A stretch of DNA of 64,000 nucleotides from Massalongia carnosa (Eukaryota): contig OZ287067.1 in NCBI GenBank assembly GCA_965645245.1, positions 124,001-188,000 of the forward strand, written 5' to 3'. The notes under the pieces are model-generated. The model was not told where the DNA came from. It made no database searches and saw nothing but the letters and a program-made list of their open reading frames with translations. Of the stretch, positions 35,901 to 46,459 are shown piece after piece. Positions within the stretch are counted from its first letter, which is position 1. Each line of letters opens with the position of its first letter. The translations under genes were made by a program, and so were the position numbers.

Positions 35901-36784
35901 GCACTACGGATAGGGCTACATCCAATGGGAGTAAATGCTTCGGGGGGAGACCGAGAAGAGGAGAATGGGGGGGAGAGTGACTCCGATGAAGTGGAGGACA
36001 TTCCTCGCCAGCCCATCGAACCTCGAAGATCTAGACGAATAAGGGTCCCCAGTCAAAGAGCACTGGAGAACATTCGTCCCAGCATCAACACCGTATTCAG
36101 TTCAAACCAGGTCCCGAAATCCCATGAGCACATGGTGCGGGTGCTAGCAACCCTGGCAGGAGGCGAGGACAATGAGGGCCTCGCTGATCCTTTGACACTG
36201 AAAGAGGCTATGTCCTCACCCCACTGGGATCAATGGAGAAAGGCCATGGAGACCGAGTATCAATCGCTAGTGGAGAATGAAACTTGGACACTAGAAAGGG
36301 CACCGACTGATCGAAAGGTGATCACCGGTCGCTGGGTGTTCAAAATAAAGAACCACAGAGATGGTGGCAGATTGGCTTACGAAGCTACTGGCCGCTAAAC
36401 CCTTTGCAATGCTTGGCATGAGCTAAGCTCAAAGAGGAAATTAATTCCCGAATGATGGCTGAATGGGAGTGTTAAATGGTAAGGCTAACATCGGTTAGAT
36501 GGTCAGACTACCACTAGTATAGGCATCCATCGTGAGCCTCGGGAGGTGCCTTGCAAAGTGCCTAAAAAAAGCAAATATGGGAGTCAAGTTCTGACCGTCA
36601 GGGGACAAGGTCTGACCGTCAGGGGGACAAGGTCTGACCGTCAGGGGGACAAGGTCTGACCGTTTAGGCTCCTAGATGTGACTGTTTTGTGACTGCTATA
36701 TAAAGCAGACAAATAGCCCACATAGATAATCACCTCCAATGACAATCATGCTACTATACCTACAAAGTAAATTTATATTTCATA
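32939..36784 (+). mobile_element. Ty1/Copia LTR retrotransposon 2, internally deleted for RT/RNase H
   Basis: LTRs 32939-33209 and 36470-36784; TSD TACCC (32934-32938, 36785-36789); PBS GGTTATGAGCCC; PPT GAATGGGAG; IDSGATAH, WHERLGH, RADGGGEY. GRWVFKIK is joined directly to the RNase H tail (EMVADWLTKLL) near 36350. Confidence 0.95.
34729..34800 (+). repeat. 15-bp in-frame tandem repeat (ATAAATAATCAGTAT, ~5 copies; INNQY)
   Basis: Directly visible between protease and integrase of Copia 2. Confidence 0.97.
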
Positions 36785-37834
36785 TACCCGAGGCCCGGCC
36801 ATCGAAGCAAACGAATGAATGCGACCTATCAATAAAGAGGGTAATTGTCAATGAAAGGAAGGCAAATATATGAGGTGCTACCCTCCTCTGAGAAGGTTCA
36901 ATCTTTTGACGCTTCGAAAATTTGCATGTAAATAGCAATGGAGCTTTCTCGCCTTCAGATATAAATATCCTCACAATACACTCTTACAAGCAACCTTCCC
37001 GTCAAATATCTACGCAATGGCTATTGTAAACAGCACCTGAGCCTCTCGCTCACCTAGCCGCCACCGTACCCGTCGGAGTGCCTCCAGAGCATTCAGTCCA
37101 GCAAAATCCAAGCAGGGAGCCTCACGAGGCACTCGCAATTATACCACCCAACAGAAGACACTGCAGGACACAAAGGACCTCATGGAGATAATTCCCAACA
37201 GCCAGGCAAATGACCAACTGCAGGAAGAGATTGCAGACCTCGAAAGGAAGTTTCTTCTAGCTAAGAAGGTCTCTCTGAAAAAGAGCATCGCCGACCTCAC
37301 CTCCACGAACAACACATCAAGTCAGTCGTCCATGCCGAGCCAGACAAGCAGCCCCGATTCAGATGTTCACCGCTCAGAGCACGCCCTCGGCCTTCGGCCA
37401 ATTCTTCGAGCAACAAGGTGGGAAAGAATATTTCCTTCCATTCATGCAAGAATTTCGCTCCATCGACATACAACACATCCGGGACATAAAAAGAAACAAG
37501 TTCAAGCCCGGAAACATCGTGAAACTCAGCACCAGCATAAGAAGGACCGGGGAGATTGCCAAGAACGTCAAACTCGACTTATCGGGTCTCAAAATCGAGA
37601 CTCGGGAAGAGGACTGCACCGTCGCCGACGCCAAGAGCATTGTGTCGCTGCTTCGTTCTTTTCTCGTATACAAGCAAACTCTTCTTTTCCTCGCCCCCTC
37701 GGGCGTTCAATTTCAACTGAATCTTGCCCTCGACAAGTACACTGAGGACCTCTTTGTTGAAGTGTACCAGTGGAGGACCGTGCATAGATTACTCTATATA
37801 ATCCAGTCACCTGACCTTCGATAAGGAGGAATTC

Positions 37835-40800
37835 TGTCAAACCTGAATGTGGTCGATTCTCATCGCCGATCCTCGACCCCCTGTCGCGGCAGATGCCGCT
37901 AAGCTACGCCATTTCTTCCACACCTTTACCCCTCAATTTGCCGGGGTTAATATCGTTGCTGCCATGACCCCTTTTCCCTTCTATATAGGTAGCTAGATGT
38001 GGGCATTTCCCACATACAGAATACAGCCTTTTTCATCCTTCCTGAATTCATGTGAAAGGTTGACAGTTATGAGCCCGGGTTAGCTGAATTTTTCGCTGCC
38101 TCCGTCTTAACTTTAGTTATTGGTAAGCTGATTTATCGCTGCCTTCATCGACCCCGAAATATCCTAGGCAGGCTGAGTATCGCCGCCGGAATTATCGTAT
38201 CTCTCATGGAGCATCGCAGAGTTGATTTATTCCTCGTGCTTCTGTTTTCCTTTGCCTTTTTGGTCGTTTCCCTGTTTTTCCCATCTGTCTCCATCTTTGG
38301 TCGGTTATCCCAAATGGAAGACTACTCGTCGGGATCGTCTCGGAAACTCATCGTCTCGGCTCTGACGCCTAGGACCTACAATTCCTGGTTGTCGGAAATC
38401 AAGGGTATCGCAGTACGATCTCAGGTATGGGAGTACGTCGATCCGGAAGGATCAGAATCGGAACCTACCATTCCCAAATTTCCCAAATTCAGTGATTACG
38501 TCAAAGTCGTCCCGGTTAATACGCCTGGCACTGACTCTACCAATATCCCTACGCCTGCTATTGTCGCTTCTCAAGGTTCTTCTCAAGGGACAGTTCTCGG
38601 CGATTTAAATGGCCCGCCGGTCCTGATTCCCGAACCATGTTCTCGGTATGCCGATCTCTCGGAATCACAGAAGGAGTCGTACAATGCAGATGAACGGTCA
38701 CATCGAGGGCTTCAGGCAGATGCCAGGGCCGCAGCCATGGGAATTGAGAAGGTTCATACGGTCATCCTAGAGTCGGCTAAAGATTATGTCGCCAGGAATG
38801 TCAGATCATCCTCGGTTCGAGAAATTCTTCAGTCCCTGGCCCATAAATTCAAAAAGAGTCCGGACGAAGTTCAAAGGCAGATCGATCGCCAATACGACGA
38901 GTTGAGAAATTCTCACCCGGTGAAAGGGAAGATCGAATCTTGGATCTGCCAATGGGAAACGCTGAGGGAAGAAATCGTTGCTTTGAAAGTTGAACCCATC
39001 TATAGTGAGTATATCTACACTCAGCACTTTCTGAAAGCCGCTCGGATATGGGCACCATTCTTTTGCGACACCTGGATCAAGATACGAAATGTATCAGGTC
39101 GTCCCCTTAAATTCTTCGAGGCCGCCAATGAGTATCGGACCGAGATAGAAGAAAATGCAATCAGCACTGGTCGTCGTCAGCAGCTCTCGGCGAATTCCGC
39201 TTCTCTGCAAGGACAGTCTTCTTCCGATCAGGGAAATTCCACTTCTGACGATAGCAAGTACGGCAATAGCGAATGCCTTTGCGGCGAAACTCACTCCTGG
39301 AAAAGATGCCCTTATTTGACAGTCGAGTCTAGAATCTCGGGATGGAAATTCAATAAGGAGATACGCGACCACATCCGACAAAAAATCGGGTCCAATTCCA
39401 AGCTTTATTGGTATGTCAAACGCGCCGCTACATCCGACATTCTCAACGGCATCTCCGAGCCTGATGAACCTTTGAAACCTCGATATCGAGGAAGAGGTGG
39501 AGGTCGAGGGGGTCGCGGAGATGGAGGTCGTGGCCGAGGCAATGGCAATGCTCCCGCCGAGCTCCCTGTTGTCGAGAATGCTCCAGTCTCTTTTGGAAAT
39601 ACTATCTCGGATCGCGACAATCTGCTTCATCTCAGCGTCTCCTACGACTCGGGATGCTCCAATCATCTGACCTGGGACAAATCCCGGTTTATTGACGAAA
39701 TCATCCCGGCATACGAATGGGTCTCGACTCCCGACGGAGATCTCCTTATTGAAGGTTTTGGGACAATGTTGGTGAATGGGACACTAAAAGGGAAGAATCA
39801 GCCTCTGCATTTTCGACACACAGCATACGTTCCCGACTCATCGGTGACTTTGATTTCGGTCAGCAAGCTGAAAAAGGATGGATTTCTGTGGAACATGCAT
39901 ACGGACACGGTCGAGAAGAAGGGTATTTCAATCTTCGAATTGGAAGAGCATTTCGGTCTCTACACTGCCGAGTATCGTCCCGTTGGCCACGCTGGTGCTT
40001 TCGCAAATTTCGTCGGTTCCCGAGTCTCGGCAGATGCAATCCCAAAAGGCACGCCATGGAAATTTCATCTCCGCCTAGGACATTGCCAACCGGAAGTCAT
40101 TAACCAGTTGTCGAATCAGAAGATGATTGAGATTTCAAGAGGTAACAGTGGTCAAGATGCTCCAAAGACAGTGAAATGTGAGACGTGCGCATTGTCAAAA
40201 ATGCATACACTAGTATCAAGGGTCTCGGCTACTAAAGCCACTAAACCATTCCAGCGTCTTCATTTTGACCTCATTATTTTGAAAAGGACTGCTTTCGATG
40301 GGACCACCTGCGTCGCTCATTTTCAGGATGATTTCACCTCGTTTCATTGGGTCTTCCCCCTGCAAGATCATAAGCAGGAGACACTACTTCGGATTGTCAA
40401 GCATGTCATAAATCGGTGCGATCGACTCGGAGCCGAATTCGGTCTTTTCGTTCAGACCTTTCGAATGGATCAGGAAACGTCGGTTGGAGACGTCATTCAA
40501 GACTTCGTCAAGGAACAGGGAATCGCGTTTGAATGGTCCGCAAAGCATACTAAGGAGCAGAATGGGTCGGCTGAGAGGGCAGGAAGCCTTTTGACTCAGA
40601 AGGCTAGATGCATTCGCATCGGCGCCGATTTGCCAGAAGATCTGTATCCCGAGTGCTATCTCGCTGCTGGACACTTGCTAAATAGGACGCCGACAAAAGG
40701 ACTAGATTGGAAATCGCCTCACATCTCCCTGCACCGAGCCCTGAAGAAGCCATACAATTCCGAAATTGGTCATCTCAAGGTCTTTGGGTGCAAGGCATAT

Positions 40801-43663
40801 CCCCTTCTGAAAGGTAAAGATGCCCCGCCAAAAAGTGAGAAACTAGCCCCTCGAGCATTTGTTGGCTATCTGGTCGGATACGATTCTACAAACATTTATC
40901 GAGTCTGGAATCCCGAGACCTGGTCGGTCAGCGGATATAGAGATGTTATCTTTGATGAGGATCAAACCTTCTCCACATACGTCAAAAAGGATCTGATTCC
41001 CAAAGAGAAGGTGGCCGAGTTTGTAGAGCTGGAAGTTTTCGATGCTGCTCCCTACATTGTTGATTTGGCAGAAAATGAGGAGCAATGGCTGGCGACATCT
41101 GTGCGCAATCGGTCATTTGCTGATCCTTCTTCGTCGGTTGAAAATTCGTCCGCACTGGATGTGCCCGCGTCGTTGACTGCGAAAGACGTCCCTATCATGC
41201 CGAGACATTCACCGAGTCAGCAGCATCTTCCAACTCCCGAGAGCACTCCGCCTCCATCGACCTCAGCACCTGCAGCTACATCTTCGTCAACATCTCGCAA
41301 CAAACGGGTGGTAAAAGACAGTCTTCCGAGTAGCATAGATCTACCGACTGATCTGCCAGAAACCGGCCGGACGCCTCTCGGCATTGCCGAATCTTTTGGC
41401 ACCGGTCCCAGTAGGAATATCGGATCTGCCAAATTGGATGTCAGCAATATCGTCGAAGGAAAACGAGTCAGAAAACCGAAGCAGAAATTCGCAAATCTTG
41501 CAGCACCTCTCGGCATCAGACCACTCGGCATCGCTTCGGAACCACTAGGGAATACAAACTCGAGATTGGATGACGGGATGAAGGAAGTTTATTTGGCATT
41601 TGCAGTGACCACTAGGTCGACCAGATTGCATAGGGACAGCCTGCCGCCGCCGCCGAAGCAGTGGCGAGGTATGCTTCGACATCCCCATGCAGAAGGATTT
41701 CGCAAAGCAGCCGAATTTGAATATCAGACTCTTCTCAGAATGGACACCTTCGTCGTCATTCCCAAAACTTCCAATCAGAAGCCGCTTCCACTAATGTGGG
41801 TCTTTACATACAAGTTCGACCCGGATGGCTTTCTAGTAAAATACAAGGCACGCCTGGTAGTCCGAGGGGATTTGGAAGAAGTCTCGGCGGAAGATGTATA
41901 CGCCTCTACGCTGGCAATTAAGATCTTCAGGTGCCTCATGGCCCTGACGTCTGCTTTCGGACTCAGGACAAGGCAGTTTGACGCGATCAATGCCTTCCTA
42001 AATGCCAAAGCCGATAGGGTCATCCACGTGTACATGCCAGATGGTTTCGTCATCGAGGGGAAATGCTTGCTCCTGGTCCGGGCTTTGTACGGGCTTCGAA
42101 AATCGCCTCTACTATGGCTACGAGAATTTTCCAAAGCACTCACCTCATTGGACATGCAGCAGATCCCTGGCGAGCCCTGCCTTTTTACCGACTACTCTGG
42201 CATCATCCTCTTTTTCTATGTGGATGACATAGTCATCATCTTTCCGGAAAGTAGAGCTGCAGACGTAGATCTGCTGATTCAGAAGTTGAATGCTCGATTT
42301 GAATTACGCGACATGGGCCAATTGAGCTTCTTTCTCGGTGTACGGATTGTTCGAAATGCTGGCGACATTTATCTTTGTCAAGACTCCTACATGGACAAGT
42401 TGGCAATTGAATACGAGATAGACACGTCTAAATCTCCGTCATCCCCGCTACCGTCAGACTTCATCGCATTCACCTCTGCCTCGGCAGCTAGCCCAGACTC
42501 GGACTCGCCTCGGTCAGTCGACCAATCCCTGAGGCAGGAATATCGTAAAAAGGTAGGATCGATCTGCTATCCCGCGAATATCACTCGGCCGGACGTTGCC
42601 AAAGCTGCCTCCAAATTGGCAGAGCATCTCACCTGTCCCGGTCTGGAGCATCTAGACGCGGCAAATCACTGCCTGCAATATCTACACGCGACTAAGTATC
42701 TGGCGATAAAATACTCACCCTCGGGAGGTGGCGAGCTTACCGTGCAGTCTCCGGATGATGATCAGCTCTCGGCAAAGCATGTCTTCGAAAACACTGCCGA
42801 TGCCAGCTTTGCAAATAGTCCCGAGCGACGCAGCTACGAGGGTTTCACATTCAAGCTGTATGGCGGCATGATCGACTGGGCTGCCAGGAAGCAGGCGACC
42901 GTCTCAACTTCGACGACAGAGGCAGAATTGCTTGCCCTTCTCCATGCCGGCAAGGCATGCATCTGGTGGATTAATTTCTTTGGCAAGCTGGGATTCGACT
43001 ACGACCATTCGGTCAAAATCTACAATGATAACATGCAGACCATCCGCATTCTGACGTCGGAACAGCCCAAAGTTACCACCAAACTTCTGCATGTAGACAT
43101 CGCTCAGTTGTGGTTGAGACAGAGCGTTCAATTTGGTCATCTCAATGTGGGTTATCTACAGACCAACCGGATGACGGCAGATGGTCTCACCAAGCCCTTG
43201 CCTCCGCAAAAGCATCGTTCCTTTCTGGAAATGCTAGGCCTTATTGATATCAAGTGTCTGATTTAGGAATGGGGCAGGCGGGAGTGAACCGGGCGGAATT
43301 CCTCTCGGCGGGCAGAAATTTCTTTTCACTGGCATCTCATTTTGATTTTGCAAGAATTGCACCTTTTTCTCGAATGGGAATTGCTTCATGTTTTCTTCTT
43401 TTGGTCAGGATGCTTCGCATCCTGGGGGGGTATGTCAAACCTGAATGTGGTCGATTCTCATCGCCGATCCTCGACCCCCTGTCGCGGCAGATGCCGCTAA
43501 GCTACGCCATTTCTTCCACACCTTTACCCCTCAATTTGCCGGGGTTAATATCGTTGCTGCCATGACCCCTTTTCCCTTCTATATAGGTAGCTAGATGTGG
43601 GCATTTCCCACATACAGAATAAAGCCTTTTTCATCCTTCCTGAATTCATGTGAAAGGTTGACA
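37835..43663 (+). mobile_element. Ty1/Copia LTR retrotransposon 3, apparently intact
   Basis: 231-bp LTRs (37835-38065, 43433-43663) with 1 difference; TSD AATTC; PBS GTTATGAGCCC; G-run PPT; single long ORF. Confidence 0.98.
38206..43266 (+). CDS. Copia gag-pol polyprotein (1686 aa; true start may be the ATG at ~38314)
   Basis: CLCGETHSWKRC, YDSGCSNH, HLRLGH...CETC, HFD / RMD / GSAER, YKARLVVRG, YVDD, ADASFA, ADGLTKPL. Confidence 0.96.
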   Translation: MEHRRVDLFLVLLFSFAFLVVSLFFPSVSIFGRLSQMEDYSSGSSRKLIVSALTPRTYNSWLSEIKGIAVRSQVWEYVDPEGSESEPTIPKFPKFSDYVKVVPVNTPGTDSTNIPTPAIVASQGSSQGTVLGDLNGPPVLIPEPCSRYADLSESQKESYNADERSHRGLQADARAAAMGIEKVHTVILESAKDYVARNVRSSSVREILQSLAHKFKKSPDEVQRQIDRQYDELRNSHPVKGKIESWICQWETLREEIVALKVEPIYSEYIYTQHFLKAARIWAPFFCDTWIKIRNVSGRPLKFFEAANEYRTEIEENAISTGRRQQLSANSASLQGQSSSDQGNSTSDDSKYGNSECLCGETHSWKRCPYLTVESRISGWKFNKEIRDHIRQKIGSNSKLYWYVKRAATSDILNGISEPDEPLKPRYRGRGGGRGGRGDGGRGRGNGNAPAELPVVENAPVSFGNTISDRDNLLHLSVSYDSGCSNHLTWDKSRFIDEIIPAYEWVSTPDGDLLIEGFGTMLVNGTLKGKNQPLHFRHTAYVPDSSVTLISVSKLKKDGFLWNMHTDTVEKKGISIFELEEHFGLYTAEYRPVGHAGAFANFVGSRVSADAIPKGTPWKFHLRLGHCQPEVINQLSNQKMIEISRGNSGQDAPKTVKCETCALSKMHTLVSRVSATKATKPFQRLHFDLIILKRTAFDGTTCVAHFQDDFTSFHWVFPLQDHKQETLLRIVKHVINRCDRLGAEFGLFVQTFRMDQETSVGDVIQDFVKEQGIAFEWSAKHTKEQNGSAERAGSLLTQKARCIRIGADLPEDLYPECYLAAGHLLNRTPTKGLDWKSPHISLHRALKKPYNSEIGHLKVFGCKAYPLLKGKDAPPKSEKLAPRAFVGYLVGYDSTNIYRVWNPETWSVSGYRDVIFDEDQTFSTYVKKDLIPKEKVAEFVELEVFDAAPYIVDLAENEEQWLATSVRNRSFADPSSSVENSSALDVPASLTAKDVPIMPRHSPSQQHLPTPESTPPPSTSAPAATSSSTSRNKRVVKDSLPSSIDLPTDLPETGRTPLGIAESFGTGPSRNIGSAKLDVSNIVEGKRVRKPKQKFANLAAPLGIRPLGIASEPLGNTNSRLDDGMKEVYLAFAVTTRSTRLHRDSLPPPPKQWRGMLRHPHAEGFRKAAEFEYQTLLRMDTFVVIPKTSNQKPLPLMWVFTYKFDPDGFLVKYKARLVVRGDLEEVSAEDVYASTLAIKIFRCLMALTSAFGLRTRQFDAINAFLNAKADRVIHVYMPDGFVIEGKCLLLVRALYGLRKSPLLWLREFSKALTSLDMQQIPGEPCLFTDYSGIILFFYVDDIVIIFPESRAADVDLLIQKLNARFELRDMGQLSFFLGVRIVRNAGDIYLCQDSYMDKLAIEYEIDTSKSPSSPLPSDFIAFTSASAASPDSDSPRSVDQSLRQEYRKKVGSICYPANITRPDVAKAASKLAEHLTCPGLEHLDAANHCLQYLHATKYLAIKYSPSGGGELTVQSPDDDQLSAKHVFENTADASFANSPERRSYEGFTFKLYGGMIDWAARKQATVSTSTTEAELLALLHAGKACIWWINFFGKLGFDYDHSVKIYNDNMQTIRILTSEQPKVTTKLLHVDIAQLWLRQSVQFGHLNVGYLQTNRMTADGLTKPLPPQKHRSFLEMLGLIDIKCLI

Positions 43664-44639
43664 AATTCACTGGATGCATCTGGAAGATTCCAGTAGCATC
43701 AAGAGGAGGCCTTCAGGTGGCAATAGGGGTAGAAATCTCGTAGCTAGATAGATTTCTTCTATATCTTCAATTCAGACTATTCATTGCCTCTGAACTCCGA
43801 CACTCTTGATACTATGGCAACTATACTCATGGGATTCGGTAAGAAATTATCACTTCGACTTCCACAAGGCAAGGATCCTAAATGGTGCCGACGACCCATT
43901 GGCATGGAAAAATCCAGACTAGGAATTAATACATCAGATTCTCGTCCCTCGGCCCGCACACCCATCGTCAGCCGACTCGCCCCTCTTTCAACGCACACGA
44001 GGATCATTTACAAGGGAGTATGTTATCGATGCTCTACAAGGGTACCTCCGAGATCTGGGATACACAGGCAACTATACGGGCCATTCCTTCCGAAGAGGGG
44101 CGGCAACGTCAGCGAGAATGGCCGGACTCTCGGAGGACGACATTCAGCTTTTAGGACAATGGAAATCCAACTCCTACCAATTATACATTGACACAAATCA
44201 AGCACACATTCTACGGGCATCCTCCAGGCATCAAACATCCCACACTCAACCTCACAGACGTTAGGCGAACGAGTTCACCGGTATTGGGGTTTGGGAGTCA
44301 GGTCAGGGGCGCCGGCGAGGTCTCGAGTCCACAAGAGGTCAGGCGAGTGTAAGGAGACTCATAGAGCGAATCAATTTGGTGCTGATACTAATTAATCTGA
44401 ATCTAAGGAAGGAAGTAAAAGGATCTGTGGGAGCTGTGGCTTTTAACCTTCCAGTAGCGAGTTCCCAATTAGGCTTAGCCTCTCCGCTCAACATAACTAC
44501 GTCCACCATTCAATCATCAACCCTCGCTCGGTCTAGGAGAGGTTTTTGTCGACGTCATTCCATGACAGCGAGGGGCCTTGAGGTGAGGGCGAGGAGGTCT
44601 CGGAAAAGCCGGACCTCCGAGGCTACCCCTGGCCAACCG

Positions 44640-45129
44640 CCAATCAATGAAGAAGGTTCAAATACTACGGAGTACTCTCCTGTTAATCGTGCCATCTCGA
44701 CGGCTTTCTGATTCGTTAATTCGGGTTCTTTTAAAGACGCAGGATCTACTTTAGTTATTCCTGCAGCTCGGCTCCACGGTTATCGGGATCGGGATCGGGA
44801 TCGGGCTCGGGATCGTTTCAGGTTCGTTTTAAGATCTAGATTCTTCGGGTGTGGAGTTTTCTATCGTCCTCGGGATAGTAATGATGGGGGGAGTTTTAGA
44901 ATAGTGTAAGGAATCACATAGAGAAAATCAATCTGAATAAGTTATTACGATTTATTCTAAAACTACAGACGGAAGAGAGTTAGTTCTATAGATGCGGTTG
45001 TAGGTCTTAACCACTACTAGAAGCTAGTCCGTATCTGTACGATGAACACTGAACACCTTTCGATCCCACGGTTCAACCGTCAGGTTCAATGAAAGTTGAC
45101 TAGGGTTAGGCGAACGTCGATTCGTGACA
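44640..45129 (-). mobile_element. Gypsy-like remnant C (LTR 44905-45129 plus leader)
   Basis: TGTAA...TGACA termini; 12-nt self-complementary PBS adjacent to the LTR; (ATCGGG)n repeat at ~44782-44815. Confidence 0.6.
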
Positions 45130-46459
45130 GATCAAGAAATTGCACTTTCGCGCTGTTTTTTTGATTTGAGTGGAATGAGATTCGAGATATCACGACAAAG
45201 AATTGAGATTAGAGTCTCTGTGTTCTATTGAAAGCGATTAAGGTACACACACCACACCGTAGACTTAATAGATAAGATAGACAAGACTCACTCGAGGGTT
45301 TCCAATTGACTCGGCACAGGCTTTCGATAGGCTTGCCACATTTCCACAATCTCGTTCGCGGTCGAGTTCGCCCACGTGTAGCCGACTCGATGACTGTAAG
45401 GAACTGATTGGTCGTACGGGATGGATGAATAGTTCTGACTACGTTTCTTGGGGATTCAATTTTGGAGAATGGCCTTTGAGCGTTGCCTGGCTCGTACAAA
45501 ACGATTGGTATGCTTCATTTTGAGCGCTGAAGACATGCGACCGCTATGCTGCTGCTTTTGATGTGACTCTTTGCGACGTTTAGAGCTACCTTGATCCCCG
45601 TCAGTCTCGTTATCACCCTTTTCTTCCTCCTCGTTCTCCTCTTCCTCCTCTCCTCCGTCCTCGGCTTCACTCTCCCTTCCGTCCTCATCTGAACGAGCTT
45701 CATCGCCTTGGCTCTTGTGCTCTCCATCCCCGAAATTCGACAGTTCTTTCGAGAACAGAGATTGTGATAATTGATCAAAAGGGTATTGAGTTCACTATAG
45801 ATATTGCGTGTTTCTACGACTTTGCTTTTAAGAGAAATCAGTGGCGTCGACAAAAGAGCACTATTCCGTAGGATCACCACTCCGACTTCTTCATTCCATA
45901 TTTTTTTCAGGCTGAATCTCGAAAGCGGATTTGTAACCTTTATCTTGAAAGGCAGGCTAGTCGGAATCGGGTTGAAGTAAAATTCTGCTGGGTAAGAAGA
46001 GCATAGATATTTTGTTTTGAATTCATTCCAAATATAGAATTAACCATCCTGAGCCATCCACGCGGGTGAAAAAAAAGGGCAACGTGTAAGCCAGAACCTC
46101 ACCAAGACTTGACCAACGCACAAGTTCAATCAACACCCACAAAGATTTCAGGCAATGCTGAATGATACAAGCTTATTGCTGAACATCATTTTCGAGTAAT
46201 TAAACTGAAGGGGCTAAAATTTGGAGGAGTTTTCGCTTACTAATTGCCCTTATTTTTTTCACCCGAAACAACGGTAGCATTAGCGATTTGTCCGTGAAAT
46301 AAATTATTCCACTACTGCTTTTTTACGCAGAATCCTGCTCGTATGATGCGGGGTCATAACTTTACCTTTTCCATAGACTTGCAGTGTCTTTGATTGGTTC
46401 ATCACCTCAGCCGTGGCCATCAGATCATTTTTTGCGTAGTTTTATGTAAGAATACTGAT

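Larger units (their letters stand above)
36790..44400 (+). mobile_element. Tyrosine-recombinase (DIRS/Ngaro-like) retrotransposon remnant, interrupted by Copia 3
   Basis: ~43960-44264 encodes PLF...YTGHSFRRGAATSA...IQLLGQWKSNSYQLYI (YR catalytic end, absent from the ORF track). 37182-37830 is a possible ORF1. RT not seen; boundaries approximate. Confidence 0.7.

Noticed and set aside
38206..38313. Hydrophobic N-terminal extension of Copia 3 as signal peptide or env-like segment
   Set aside because: Probably a T-rich leader read in frame; gag-like sequence starts at the downstream ATG. No independent support.
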